A stretch of DNA of 64,000 nucleotides, from positions 310,001 through 374,000 of the IMG/VR virus record IMGVR_UViG_3300033182_000980, one strand, 5' to 3'. How positions within the stretch are numbered: position 1 is the stretch's first letter; every line of letters begins with the position of its first letter. A program made the translations under genes and the position numbers. Shown here piece after piece: positions 29,388-38,244 of this stretch. The notes beneath the pieces are model-generated. The model saw only the letters and a program-made list of their open reading frames with translations. It was not told the DNA's origin and searched no databases.

Positions 29388-29984
29388 ATGGATATGGACA
29401 TCCAGCTAAACGACAATACGATCATTTCATTCACCACCCAGCGTGTAGGCAAGAAAGACCTCAAGAAAGATGGAGGCACACATCGTGGGCGACATACAGT
29501 CCGAGTGACAATGCTTGTTGGGTCTGACTATAAGACTGTCTCATCATTGGATTGGACGAAGGCGATGATGGCAGACGCAAACAAGTACGACTACATGGAG
29601 AAGATCAAGGAGCGAAATCCAGACCTTGAGTTCGACAAGCTGAACTTCAACATCGCATGGGATGATGTCATCATCTCACTACAGGACACTGCACATGGTG
29701 AGGAGAAGCGAAACAAGCACCTTGAAGCGTATGAGCCTCACCCATGTGGTATTCGAGGTGTCATGGTACACAAGGAGACAGGTGATGTTTACCTTACAGG
29801 CATCCAGGTGAAAGAGGAGATCGTTGAAGAAGATCCCAATGGAGATGCTCGACAGCTTCCTCGGACGATGAAGGCTCAACTCAAGCGTGAGGTTCAAAAG
29901 GTGCTGGAGCTGATGACAGGCAACTGGCGACAGTACAAGCTCCCAAAGGGTGTGACCATTAATGGGATTGACTCTAACGACTAG
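29388..29984 (+). CDS. Hypothetical protein, paralog of 26680
   Basis: Shared motifs listed under 26680. Confidence 0.75.
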   Translation: MDMDIQLNDNTIISFTTQRVGKKDLKKDGGTHRGRHTVRVTMLVGSDYKTVSSLDWTKAMMADANKYDYMEKIKERNPDLEFDKLNFNIAWDDVIISLQDTAHGEEKRNKHLEAYEPHPCGIRGVMVHKETGDVYLTGIQVKEEIVEEDPNGDARQLPRTMKAQLKREVQKVLELMTGNWRQYKLPKGVTINGIDSND

Positions 29985-30427
29985 AGGTTAGCCTCTAACC
30001 AGGAGAGGTCAAGCGTCCATTGATGCTGTGATCTCTCATTCCACACCTCAAAGACTTGGACGATGTAGTCCTCTGTCTCTTGAGGTGTGAGATCATTGAT
30101 CTTAGCTAGGTGCTTTAAGACTCTGGTTTGCGTATGGGGTGGCTCAACAGATAGAGTACGCCCGATGTGTTTGACCTTGTGGCAGGTGGGGCAAAGAGAA
30201 ATCAAGCCCTTGAGTGTTTGGGTCTTGGTCTGATCGTTGTAATCCCATATCTCGTGGCACTCAACAGGCCACTTAGACCCTTTGCCTCCACAGACTTCGC
30301 ATTTGTACCCTGCTTGCTTATAAGAGGCTTTGCGTAGCTTATCCCATTGTGCTTTGGAGAGGTTGGCTTCGGAGCGTAGGTTATTGCCCCATGAGGATTG
30401 TGGTACGAGTTCAATGTTTAGTTGCAT
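29981..30427 (-). CDS. HNH endonuclease-like protein
   Basis: CEVCG...ECHEIW...LCPTCHKVKH. Confidence 0.75.
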   Translation of the reverse strand: MQLNIELVPQSSWGNNLRSEANLSKAQWDKLRKASYKQAGYKCEVCGGKGSKWPVECHEIWDYNDQTKTQTLKGLISLCPTCHKVKHIGRTLSVEPPHTQTRVLKHLAKINDLTPQETEDYIVQVFEVWNERSQHQWTLDLSWLEANL

Positions 30428-30752
30428 ATAGACCTCTGATGGTATCTAACAGTTCCCTAATCACATAGAGGAGAGAGTTGCTGGATAAGATGTGTACATA
30501 GGCTATCTTTTCGTCAGCCTTAAAAATAGTGATTAGACTTATCTTGCTGTCGAATCTAAGTCGGAGGGTTGGGTCATTGGTGTGTTTGTAAGACCAGCTA
30601 TCACGACTGGACACGCCATCCGGATCTTTCACGAACCCAATCTCGATGAAAACTACCTTCCAATCAGCAACCGAGAGATGGTAAGGAGATAACGAACCGA
30701 GGTTGGACGATGGGATCAGTAGCCCCTCGGAGTCCCGATCAATGTATTTCAT
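30411..30752 (-). CDS. E.GF / IR..W(Y) paralog family member
   Basis: VFIEIGFVK...KHTNDP ... TIRGLY. Confidence 0.6.
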   Translation of the reverse strand: MKYIDRDSEGLLIPSSNLGSLSPYHLSVADWKVVFIEIGFVKDPDGVSSRDSWSYKHTNDPTLRLRFDSKISLITIFKADEKIAYVHILSSNSLLYVIRELLDTIRGLYATKH

Positions 30753-31180
30753 TTCTTCTTCTCTCTAAGTGCGAGTAAGGTTTTGGTCAGCTCACCTGCT
30801 TCATCTTGTCTGTCTTGATTTCTATCTGGATGGCAGAACATGAGCAGTCTTTTGACGAGAGCTTGATCTATCTTGGGCTTCGACTGAGCTTGATAGCGTA
30901 GGCTAGAAATCTCCATCTTGAGTTGATGGACTTGAGCGTTGAGTGTCTTGATCTGATTATCTAGGTACGAAGTGTCGGGTGTCTCTTGTAAGAGCTGATG
31001 GATGATTTTCTGTAGGGAGTCGTATCGGTCATCAGACTTGATACGCTGAAAGCCTTGGCTACCTCTCCAGCAAGTCCAGCAAAGATCATAGTGGCTATTT
31101 TCCATAGGCCAGTTGCACTCGCTACATATTTGAACATCCATAGTTAATACTTTCTTTATATCTATTCTTACACAGATCAT
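30749..31180 (-). CDS. Zn-ribbon + coiled coil + C-terminal J-domain-like (HPD) protein
   Basis: CSEC/CWTC; LLMFCHPDRN; true start may be 31141. Confidence 0.6.
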   Translation of the reverse strand: MICVRIDIKKVLTMDVQICSECNWPMENSHYDLCWTCWRGSQGFQRIKSDDRYDSLQKIIHQLLQETPDTSYLDNQIKTLNAQVHQLKMEISSLRYQAQSKPKIDQALVKRLLMFCHPDRNQDRQDEAGELTKTLLALREKKK

Positions 31181-31200
31181 TTATATGAAAGGCATAAACA

Positions 31201-31938
31201 ATGTATGACAAGATCGCTTATCTAAGATTAAGGATTGCTCGTTTAGAACGACTCGCAGATTTAAGGCCAGGTCTTGGCACAAAAGACCCTTGCTACATTA
31301 TTCAGAGAGCAGTTAACAATGGAGCAGACATCCCAAAAGCCCGATATGTTAAAGAGGTGTTGGAGGATCTTGAAATCGTCACATACGGAGAGTCTGGCCG
31401 TAGTGGGTTAGAAGACATTCCTAGTAGCGAAAAGAATGATTGGTATGGGGCTACTTACCCTCGCAGATTGAAGGAAAGAGTTGAGGGCGAGGAGATTGCA
31501 TATGGAAAAGGTGGGAAGAAAAAGTTGCCAGTCAACATTCCACATCTCACTTATTCTCAACACGCTCAGTTTAGGATGGATCTGAGAGGGGTCACTACGA
31601 AACAAGTAGAAGCTGTTGTGAAGCACTGGCACACACAGAATGCAATGGTACGAGAGGGTATACGAGATTATGACCGACTAAAAGAAATCGCCATGACAAA
31701 TAAAGAGGAGCATGATTCAATCCGAGAGAACTTGGACTATCTTGAAAGGATTCTGTCTCCTGATGAGTTCAGAAAGCAGAAGGCTGATATGAAAAGGTAC
31801 AATAGGAGTATGGAGATCAACCATAAATATATGGGTGTCTTTGTAGGGTTTGTGCCTCAGAGAGATGGAAGTATAGACATCAAGACCGTCTTTAATCTTA
31901 AGAAAGACGATGAGCCTTACGGAAACTATGGTTGCTAA
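31201..31938 (+). CDS. Leader-related protein with a DUF4258/RelE-like region
   Basis: N-terminal LRLRIARLERLA; YSQHAQFRMDLRGV and IDIKTVF motifs. Confidence 0.6.
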   Translation: MYDKIAYLRLRIARLERLADLRPGLGTKDPCYIIQRAVNNGADIPKARYVKEVLEDLEIVTYGESGRSGLEDIPSSEKNDWYGATYPRRLKERVEGEEIAYGKGGKKKLPVNIPHLTYSQHAQFRMDLRGVTTKQVEAVVKHWHTQNAMVREGIRDYDRLKEIAMTNKEEHDSIRENLDYLERILSPDEFRKQKADMKRYNRSMEINHKYMGVFVGFVPQRDGSIDIKTVFNLKKDDEPYGNYGC

Positions 31939-31943
31939 GATTT

Positions 31944-32270
31944 CTACTCCGAGAGTTTCATCTTTTGGAAGAACTTTCGAGACTCCTCTAAGAAGCACGA
32001 GATAAGCTCTTTGTTCGTGATTTTGCTATCGTAGATATAGCTATCTGACTTGTACTTGTACTCAAAAAAGATGGTGTTGTCTTTTGATGAGAGCTGAACG
32101 CTGAACAGATCATCTTGTGTATGCGTCCAGACACCATCTCTATGAGATGCCTGGAAGCCACATTCTACTACGAGGATTTTGAAGATGGAGTCTTTGTTAA
32201 AGTCCTCTGTCTGTGATGTGGTGAGATCGGGGCTAACAACCCTCACTCCGTTTTGTTTAACTGTCAGCAT
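31944..32270 (-). CDS. E.GF paralog family member
   Basis: MLTVKQNGVRV..P matches the N-terminus of 52553; VVECGFQ. Confidence 0.6.
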   Translation of the reverse strand: MLTVKQNGVRVVSPDLTTSQTEDFNKDSIFKILVVECGFQASHRDGVWTHTQDDLFSVQLSSKDNTIFFEYKYKSDSYIYDSKITNKELISCFLEESRKFFQKMKLSE

Positions 32271-33060
32271 TGGTTTCACCCCCCATCTTGAGGTGACCTG
32301 TGACAAGATCAATCGCACGGCGGAAGTCATACGCTTGATCCCGCGAAATCTTGACGCTAAAGAGTAGGTCAAGGACTTGACCCTTCCATGCTAGGGGGTT
32401 GTCGCTTGTGAAGTTTACGAAGAGTCTTTGGACTTCTCTTATATGACTCACAGGAGTCAAATCATCCCCTTTGATTGACATATAAGCATCCATCAATCGG
32501 ACGACATACCTTGAGCTGATAGGTGAAGCGACCTTTTCTGATACGCCTTGCTCATCTAAGATTTGCTTGAGGATATTTGAGGTATGGTCTGTGCAGTTGA
32601 GCTTACGGCCAGACTGATAGTAAGCGTTGACTGCCTCGACCTTTTCTTCGTCCGAGATCTTGTCGATCTTACGAGTGTGCTCTTTACGAGACTTGGTGTG
32701 TTGTTTGCGGGAAGCCTTTAGGGAGTCATTCTGCTTCATGTCAGATGTAGGCAAGCTATCCTCGCCCATAAGAAACTTACTCCACCTTACATTTATAGTG
32801 GTGGGGCTGACTCCATACTTCATTGCTAGATTATGTACTCCATCTGGTTCATTTCGGGCTTGTTCGACCTCCTCGATAGGGATTGGTACTGATAGGTGCT
32901 TGTAATTTGCACCTGTGATCTTCGGTGTGGCTTTCCTTAAAGTCTTTACGACCACGACTGGATGCTCGTTGTACCGAGTAGCGATCTGTTCTGGAGTCTT
33001 CCCTTCTTGCATGAGCTTGTGCCACTCGACCCTCATTTCTGGCTTTGCTTTCATGCTCAT
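32257..33060 (-). CDS. Multi-HTH DNA-binding protein
   Basis: GKTPEQIATRY and LAMKYGVSPTTI HTH-like segments. Confidence 0.6.
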   Translation of the reverse strand: MSMKAKPEMRVEWHKLMQEGKTPEQIATRYNEHPVVVVKTLRKATPKITGANYKHLSVPIPIEEVEQARNEPDGVHNLAMKYGVSPTTINVRWSKFLMGEDSLPTSDMKQNDSLKASRKQHTKSRKEHTRKIDKISDEEKVEAVNAYYQSGRKLNCTDHTSNILKQILDEQGVSEKVASPISSRYVVRLMDAYMSIKGDDLTPVSHIREVQRLFVNFTSDNPLAWKGQVLDLLFSVKISRDQAYDFRRAIDLVTGHLKMGGETNADS

Positions 33061-33061
33061 G

Positions 33062-33280
33062 TTAGCCCCACTTGCTCACGAGGTTGTTGACCTCTTTCTC
33101 GTACTCTTTGAGGGTGTACTTTTTGTGGACACCGAAGTCTCTTGCGAGCTTCATCCACTCGTTGTTGAAAGCCACTGGATCTTTGCCCTCGGACATGACC
33201 TTGTAGAAGGTGCTCCTCACCCTCTCGTTGATGGCGAGAAGCTGTGCCTTCTTGCTTACCTTGTTCTTGATCTTCTTCAT
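33062..33280 (-). CDS. Basic hypothetical protein
   Basis: 72 aa; RBS; follows element at 33345. Confidence 0.65.
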   Translation of the reverse strand: MKKIKNKVSKKAQLLAINERVRSTFYKVMSEGKDPVAFNNEWMKLARDFGVHKKYTLKEYEKEVNNLVSKWG

Positions 33281-33344
33281 GGTGAGTTCTCCTTAGTGGG
33301 AGTTAGTTGGGGGGGGGTTGGTCATCAACCCCTTACACTAGGAC

Positions 33345-33361
33345 ATAGATAAGGGGTTACG
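33345..33361 (-). promoter_or_regulatory. Class-1 element
   Basis: Consensus; contains the stop of 33357..33773. Confidence 0.75.
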
Positions 33362-33773
33362 ACCTCTTAAACTTGACTTGGTAGGTCTGCATCGTTTCGA
33401 GGTTAGGTACAGCGTAGAACGCTTCCTTGACCTCTTCGGGAGCATCCCGAAACTCGCTCCACCGGATCGTGTAGCTGTGTGCGATGTATTGGTCGAAGAG
33501 ATCCTCACCGATAGCGTCCTCGATGTCGTTGATGTCAACCGACTCTAGCTTGGGAGTCGGGGGTTGCTTCTCCACCCTTGTCGTGTACTTACCTGATGCA
33601 GACTCGATGATGAGATCTTGGTCATCAGCCATTTCGATCAGCTCGGACTTGAAGCTCTTAAGAGACTTGTTGAGCCTGTTCTGTGCCTCCCACAGTCGAG
33701 AGGCGGCTTCGGTTCGCTGATTGATGTTGAGGGTGGTGTCATTCATTTGGTTCATAAGTGCGTTGAAGTTCAT
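33357..33773 (-). CDS. Hypothetical protein
   Basis: 138 aa; GGAG RBS. Confidence 0.65.
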   Translation of the reverse strand: MNFNALMNQMNDTTLNINQRTEAASRLWEAQNRLNKSLKSFKSELIEMADDQDLIIESASGKYTTRVEKQPPTPKLESVDINDIEDAIGEDLFDQYIAHSYTIRWSEFRDAPEEVKEAFYAVPNLETMQTYQVKFKRS

Positions 33774-33803
33774 TTCTTTATTCTCCGTTTGTGAAGTGTG
33801 GTT

Positions 33804-34445
33804 TTAGTTGGTGAGGTTAAGTTCGGTTAGGATGTGTGTGGTAGTTTCTCCGTTAAGGCTTTCCCATCGGACTCCCACTTGGTGAAAGCCATGACCCTCT
33901 AGGTTTGGGTTCTTTTGAGCTCCAGAGATAAGGAAGCCTTTCATGCTTGGGTCTGATTTGAGGGACACCTCTTTGCCTGTCGTAAAGTGAGGTGCAAGAG
34001 CTTCACAGACTCGATAAGTCTCATTTAAGATGTCTCTCTCTCCTGGCTTCGGCAACCGAACCTTAGTTGCAGAGTCTCGAACCATACAGGACTTGTGGGT
34101 CAAGACATCATAGACGAAGAGTGCTTTACCCGACCCTTGCATTGGCTCTTTGGCGTGAAGGATAAACCCTTCGATACCTCGCTTGTCTTTGCTTCCCTTA
34201 GTGACCTTTACAGGAGTGTTGATAGCGAGACAGTCATACATCATATCCATCTCGGACTTGAGAGCCTTCTCAAAAGCTCTGACTTGAGACTTAACCAAGT
34301 CGCCATTAACTAGCTCTTGGATAAGGTCGGAGTCATGCCCCTCATAAGGATGGTCTGACTTGTACACCCCTTGAGGTAGAGGTTGACCTTTTAGTGCGAG
34401 GTGTACGCTCTTAGCGTACTCTAAGACTTGTTCTGTTGTGTTCAT
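33804..34445 (-). CDS. Hypothetical protein (possible KOW/SH3-like domains)
   Basis: VKVTKG...GIEG pattern; RBS. Confidence 0.6.
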   Translation of the reverse strand: MNTTEQVLEYAKSVHLALKGQPLPQGVYKSDHPYEGHDSDLIQELVNGDLVKSQVRAFEKALKSEMDMMYDCLAINTPVKVTKGSKDKRGIEGFILHAKEPMQGSGKALFVYDVLTHKSCMVRDSATKVRLPKPGERDILNETYRVCEALAPHFTTGKEVSLKSDPSMKGFLISGAQKNPNLEGHGFHQVGVRWESLNGETTTHILTELNLTN

Positions 34446-34470
34446 GTTTGTTCTCCTTTACGAGAGTAAG

Positions 34471-35241
34471 TTAGATATTGTTCATTGCTTTGTAGGCATC
34501 ACCGATAACCTTTTTCACCATGCCCCATGAGGGGATATGATAGGCTACCTCACCTTTAAGGATCGGCTCACCCGATACGACACAAGAGGTGTCAGCTAGA
34601 GCCTCTATTTCGGTTGTGTCATGGAGTTTGGCTGACTTGGGTACTTTGACCTTACTTAAGTTGTATCCAGCTTTAGAGGCGATCTCTAGGGCTTCATTCC
34701 TTGCCTCTCTTGCTTCCCTTTTGGCTTGTTGGGCTTCACCCTTAGTCTCACAGCATTGAGCTAAGAGAGGACAGCCTTGACATACAGGGTCAGATTGAAC
34801 CACCTTGCCGAAGCATGGAGTGGTAGCGACAAGTCGGATGAGAGTCTCCTCACAGGTGAGGTCATACAGACTTGGTGCGTTTGTGTTTACCTCGATCTCA
34901 CCGAACAGATCATCTTCGAGCATCATCATCTCCATTGTGGTTTGTGTAGGTTGAGAAGCAACAGGTGCTTCTGCTTCTGCTTCGCAAACCACAGTACCAT
35001 TCCATCTCCACTCCCAACCTTGGGTGGTCATCTCCCCTGTAGCCTTGAGCGTCTTGACTGCTTGGCTACAGAGGTTATCGAACTTGGGCTGGCCCGATGG
35101 GTAGTAGCCAAAGTCAGCGTGGGTCATACCCATGTGAGTGAGGATTGCTTGTCGAGCTTCTTGGAGTCGGCTCGGCAAGATGCTAGGGAAGATCTCCCTC
35201 ATAGAGTTGAGGATCAGAGTTTTTTGTTCTTGGGTTGTCAT
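34471..35241 (-). CDS. Mrr-N-like winged helix + Cys cluster protein
   Basis: SGQPKFDNLCSQAVKTLKATG; PCFG...CQGCP...CC; DDLFGE; start moved to MTTQ. Confidence 0.6.
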   Translation of the reverse strand: MTTQEQKTLILNSMREIFPSILPSRLQEARQAILTHMGMTHADFGYYPSGQPKFDNLCSQAVKTLKATGEMTTQGWEWRWNGTVVCEAEAEAPVASQPTQTTMEMMMLEDDLFGEIEVNTNAPSLYDLTCEETLIRLVATTPCFGKVVQSDPVCQGCPLLAQCCETKGEAQQAKREAREARNEALEIASKAGYNLSKVKVPKSAKLHDTTEIEALADTSCVVSGEPILKGEVAYHIPSWGMVKKVIGDAYKAMNNI

Positions 35242-35295
35242 AGATTTGTCTCCTTTAGGAGTGAGTAAGTGAGCGATCTCACCTTTCAAGAGTTA

Positions 35296-35312
35296 ATAGA
35301 TAAGGGGTTACA
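35296..35312 (-). promoter_or_regulatory. Class-1 element
   Basis: Exact consensus. Confidence 0.75.
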
Positions 35313-35335
35313 GAGTGGTTGTCCACCTACCGACC

Positions 35336-36496
35336 TTAGAGGTCGATAGGGCAAACATCAGAGCTGGCTTGGCTTTGAGCGTCTACCACATCGGAGCGTA
35401 GGTAGGGGTCGATAGCACCCTCAAGAGCGTCTTGATTGTGCTTCTCGTTGAGATGCCCCTTGATGATCGCAAAGGATCGCTTGAGAGCCTTCTTAAAGTC
35501 GGTGATGCCTAAGTCCTCCATGACTGTAAGGCAAGCATGACCCCATTGCTTTGCTTGGCGTAGAGTGATCTCCATACCCATCGCTTGCTCCTCTGCTACC
35601 TTACGGATAGCTCGGTTGCAGTCCACCAAGAGCTTCACTTGGTCTTGATCAAACTGAGGAAACTCAGCCTGTACGACCATACGCTCAAACTTAGGTGTAG
35701 GAGGTGGAGCGTAGATACCGACACAGCGAGACAGGAGGCTTGAGTCTTTCATTTGGGTGATGTTCCCTCGACCACCATCCCCATCTGCACCACTATTGCT
35801 CGTAAAGTAGAAGCGAGTGTTAGGCAAGATCTCAAACATCTCACCTGTGATTGGGTTGGTCAGCTTCTCTTTGCCTAGCTCAAGAGCTTGGCGGAGGATC
35901 TCAAGCTGGTCGGGTGTAGCTCTGTCGTAGTCAGAGAAGAGGATGACTGCGGGTACTGTGATTGTAAGCATACCCTTGTCATTGACAACAGTATAGCCGA
36001 CTTTCTCCATGCCCTTGATTGCGTCTTGAAGCTGTTGCTCGGTTGCCCCTGTAAAGTCTCGCTTGCACGACACCCCACGACAAGCCTTGAGCAGATCACC
36101 CTCGACCTCTTTAGTCATTGTGCCACCTTTGCCATCACCTACGAGCGTGGTTCGGTAGATCCAGTCCACAGGATTTGTGCCTTGCTTAAAGGCAAAGCGA
36201 GCGAGAGGCAGATTGAAAGCGTGGCAAAACGCCTCGATTAAGATGTCCTTACCTGTACCAGCAGGCCCCGACACGATGAGGTGGTTGATTTTCAAGAAGA
36301 GAGTGCCATCTTGCATCCACCCCTCGCTCGTGTCCTCGACATAGTTGTCGGGACGCTTTGCAGGGTCGAAGCCAGCGTTGATGATCTCTAACGCTGTGAG
36401 TGGCGACATTGTTCTACGCACACCACAGAAGTAGTTGTAGGCGAGGGTATACAGTTCGGGTCGCTGACGATTTTTTTTCATGTTCATATCGACCAT
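35336..36496 (-). CDS. MoxR/CobS/CbbQ-type AAA+ ATPase
   Basis: Walker A GPAGTGKD, Walker B region ILFSDYDR, sensor TSNS, SLLSR, ITLRQ; next to a vWA gene. Confidence 0.8.
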   Translation of the reverse strand: MVDMNMKKNRQRPELYTLAYNYFCGVRRTMSPLTALEIINAGFDPAKRPDNYVEDTSEGWMQDGTLFLKINHLIVSGPAGTGKDILIEAFCHAFNLPLARFAFKQGTNPVDWIYRTTLVGDGKGGTMTKEVEGDLLKACRGVSCKRDFTGATEQQLQDAIKGMEKVGYTVVNDKGMLTITVPAVILFSDYDRATPDQLEILRQALELGKEKLTNPITGEMFEILPNTRFYFTSNSGADGDGGRGNITQMKDSSLLSRCVGIYAPPPTPKFERMVVQAEFPQFDQDQVKLLVDCNRAIRKVAEEQAMGMEITLRQAKQWGHACLTVMEDLGITDFKKALKRSFAIIKGHLNEKHNQDALEGAIDPYLRSDVVDAQSQASSDVCPIDL

Positions 36497-36539
36497 AAGG
36501 GTTCTCCTTGTCGAAGTAGGTTGCGTTGATGTAGTTCAC

Positions 36540-36556
36540 ATAAATAAGGGGTTACA
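36540..36556 (-). promoter_or_regulatory. Class-1 element
   Basis: tgtaaccccttatttat. Confidence 0.7.
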
Positions 36557-36620
36557 GGTTGGGCGAGTCGCCCGATTAGGTTATACAATCTCGTGAGAAA
36601 ATGTTCCCTCACACCATGAT

Positions 36621-36637
36621 ATAAATAAGGGGTTACA
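36621..36637 (-). promoter_or_regulatory. Class-1 element (no ORF before the next copy)
   Basis: tgtaaccccttatttat. Confidence 0.7.
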
Positions 36638-36654
36638 GCTCATCGAAAAAAGTT

Positions 36655-36674
36655 TTTTGTCCGATAGTGGTCAG
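36655..36674 (+). repeat. 20-bp intergenic repeat TTTTGTCCGATAGTGGTCAG, copy 1
   Basis: Identical to 41048-41067. Confidence 0.75.
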
Positions 36675-36701
36675 CTCGTCCGTTATATGTGTGAACCGAA
36701 T

Positions 36702-36718
36702 TGTAACCCCTTATCTAT
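36702..36718 (+). promoter_or_regulatory. Class-1 element
   Basis: Exact consensus. Confidence 0.75.
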
Positions 36719-36757
36719 ACCATCACATCAACCACCCACTCCAACAGGAGAACGCTT

Positions 36758-36952
36758 ATCAAATACCAAGTCATACTGAACAACACCCAAGTCCTCTCAA
36801 CACATAAAAATCGCAAGCTCGCTGAGAATGCACTCAGACGATGGATGAAGAAGCATGATGAGGAGCGTCAAGCCCACAACCGAATGATCAGTTGGGTTGA
36901 CCCAAAGCTCGTTCGCAATGTGAGTGGGGTCTACCACATCCGAGCAGTGTAA
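36758..36952 (+). CDS. 64 aa ORF with ATC at the start position (non-canonical start or pseudogene)
   Basis: AGGAGAACGCTT-ATC versus AGGAGAACGCTT-ATG at 42819 and 47121; TAA lies in the next element. Confidence 0.5.
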   Translation: MKYQVILNNTQVLSTHKNRKLAENALRRWMKKHDEERQAHNRMISWVDPKLVRNVSGVYHIRAV

Positions 36953-36964
36953 CCCCTTATCTGT
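36948..36964 (+). promoter_or_regulatory. Class-1 element
   Basis: tgtaaccccttatctgt. Confidence 0.7.
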
Positions 36965-37041
36965 AGACTAGTGTCGAGGGCAACTGTTCCTCACTTTCAT
37001 ATAATACACGAACACCCACTCACTCACCAAAGGAGATCCTT

Positions 37042-38187
37042 ATGGTACTACCACCAAACCATGACCCTACACAATACGCAAAGCGTGATCCCTTGAGCTT
37101 CGCTAAGGGTGCGTTTGAAGCGTTGACCTTAATGCTCAAGGACATCAAGGTCGTCCGACAGGGCGGCACTTTTGCAATCGCATCAGCCTTTCCTTGGCTC
37201 GTCTTTGGGCGAGCTATCCAAGACACAAGAGCGTCTGACTACCACTCGAAAAACGAGTGGCTCAAAGCCATCTACAGGGACGCTCAGTACAAGTTTCAGT
37301 CATCACCCGATACTGCTACTCTGTTTCTTCCAGCTCCATCAGCGGCAGGTGTGACGACAATCAACGCTAGTGCTGGTGTTGGTGGAGGTGTGCATGAAGC
37401 AGGTCATGCGATCTGCGACTGTGCGAACGGACGCTTCCCGACTTATGAGCAGTTTCGAGCTAAGGTCGGCCGCCACTTGGATATGACTATCCCCTACCAC
37501 GAGTCAAACTTCCCCAAGTGGGTAAATGTGACTGCTGACATGAGGCTTGAGCCAGGAATGGCTTTGGCTTATCCAGAGGTCGAGCATCGCTTCCATGCAA
37601 TCCAAACTTGGTGTCATGGTCTTGAGGCAGAGGGTCGAGGTCAGGAAGTACCTAGCGACTTTCTCATGGCTCTTAGAGATGCTGGTAAGGGTTGGGTGTC
37701 TGACGAGTCAAAGGCTGTCTATGCAGAGTATCAGCAAGACGCTAGAGACTTGGTTGACTACCTCCGACCAATCTGGTCAGAGCTAAAGCCTCGCAATACA
37801 GATTGGGCTGACTCGGCTCACCTCCCTGTCTATGTCGCTGTGGAGATCATCAACGCCTTACATAAGATCTTAAAAGAGCCTCCCCCTCCCCCTAAGCCAA
37901 GGGGGGGCAAGGGCAAGGGCAAGGGTGATCCTCAAGATAAAGGTAAGGGAGATGGGAAAGGTGATCCTCAAGATCAGCAAGACCCACAAGATCAACAAGA
38001 CACGCAACAGTCAGCAGGCAAGTCTCCAATGAGCCTTGAGGACATCAAGCGTCTGCTCGATGGGGAGGGTAAAGCACTTGATCCGAACAGTGCGATGAAG
38101 CAAGAGGTCGAAAAGAACAAGAGGTATCTTGACCACGAGCTGTACATCCCTAACGGAGCAAAGCCAATCTATCGGAAGCTCCTCTAA
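37042..38187 (+). CDS. HExxH metallopeptidase-like (CobT N-terminal-like) protein
   Basis: VHEAGH and NVTADMRLE motifs, then a P/G/K/D/Q low-complexity linker. Confidence 0.7.
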   Translation: MVLPPNHDPTQYAKRDPLSFAKGAFEALTLMLKDIKVVRQGGTFAIASAFPWLVFGRAIQDTRASDYHSKNEWLKAIYRDAQYKFQSSPDTATLFLPAPSAAGVTTINASAGVGGGVHEAGHAICDCANGRFPTYEQFRAKVGRHLDMTIPYHESNFPKWVNVTADMRLEPGMALAYPEVEHRFHAIQTWCHGLEAEGRGQEVPSDFLMALRDAGKGWVSDESKAVYAEYQQDARDLVDYLRPIWSELKPRNTDWADSAHLPVYVAVEIINALHKILKEPPPPPKPRGGKGKGKGDPQDKGKGDGKGDPQDQQDPQDQQDTQQSAGKSPMSLEDIKRLLDGEGKALDPNSAMKQEVEKNKRYLDHELYIPNGAKPIYRKLL

Positions 38188-38201
38188 CAGATCGGGGCTG
38201 T

Positions 38202-38218
38202 TGTAACCCCTTACTTAT
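38202..38218 (+). promoter_or_regulatory. Class-1 element
   Basis: tgtaaccccttacttat. Confidence 0.7.
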
Positions 38219-38244
38219 CCTACTCTTGAAAGGAGACTTATATC

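Noticed and set aside
29981-30427. HNH gene as an intron-encoded or mobile homing element
   Set aside because: Free-standing within an operon; no interrupted gene or intron structure seen
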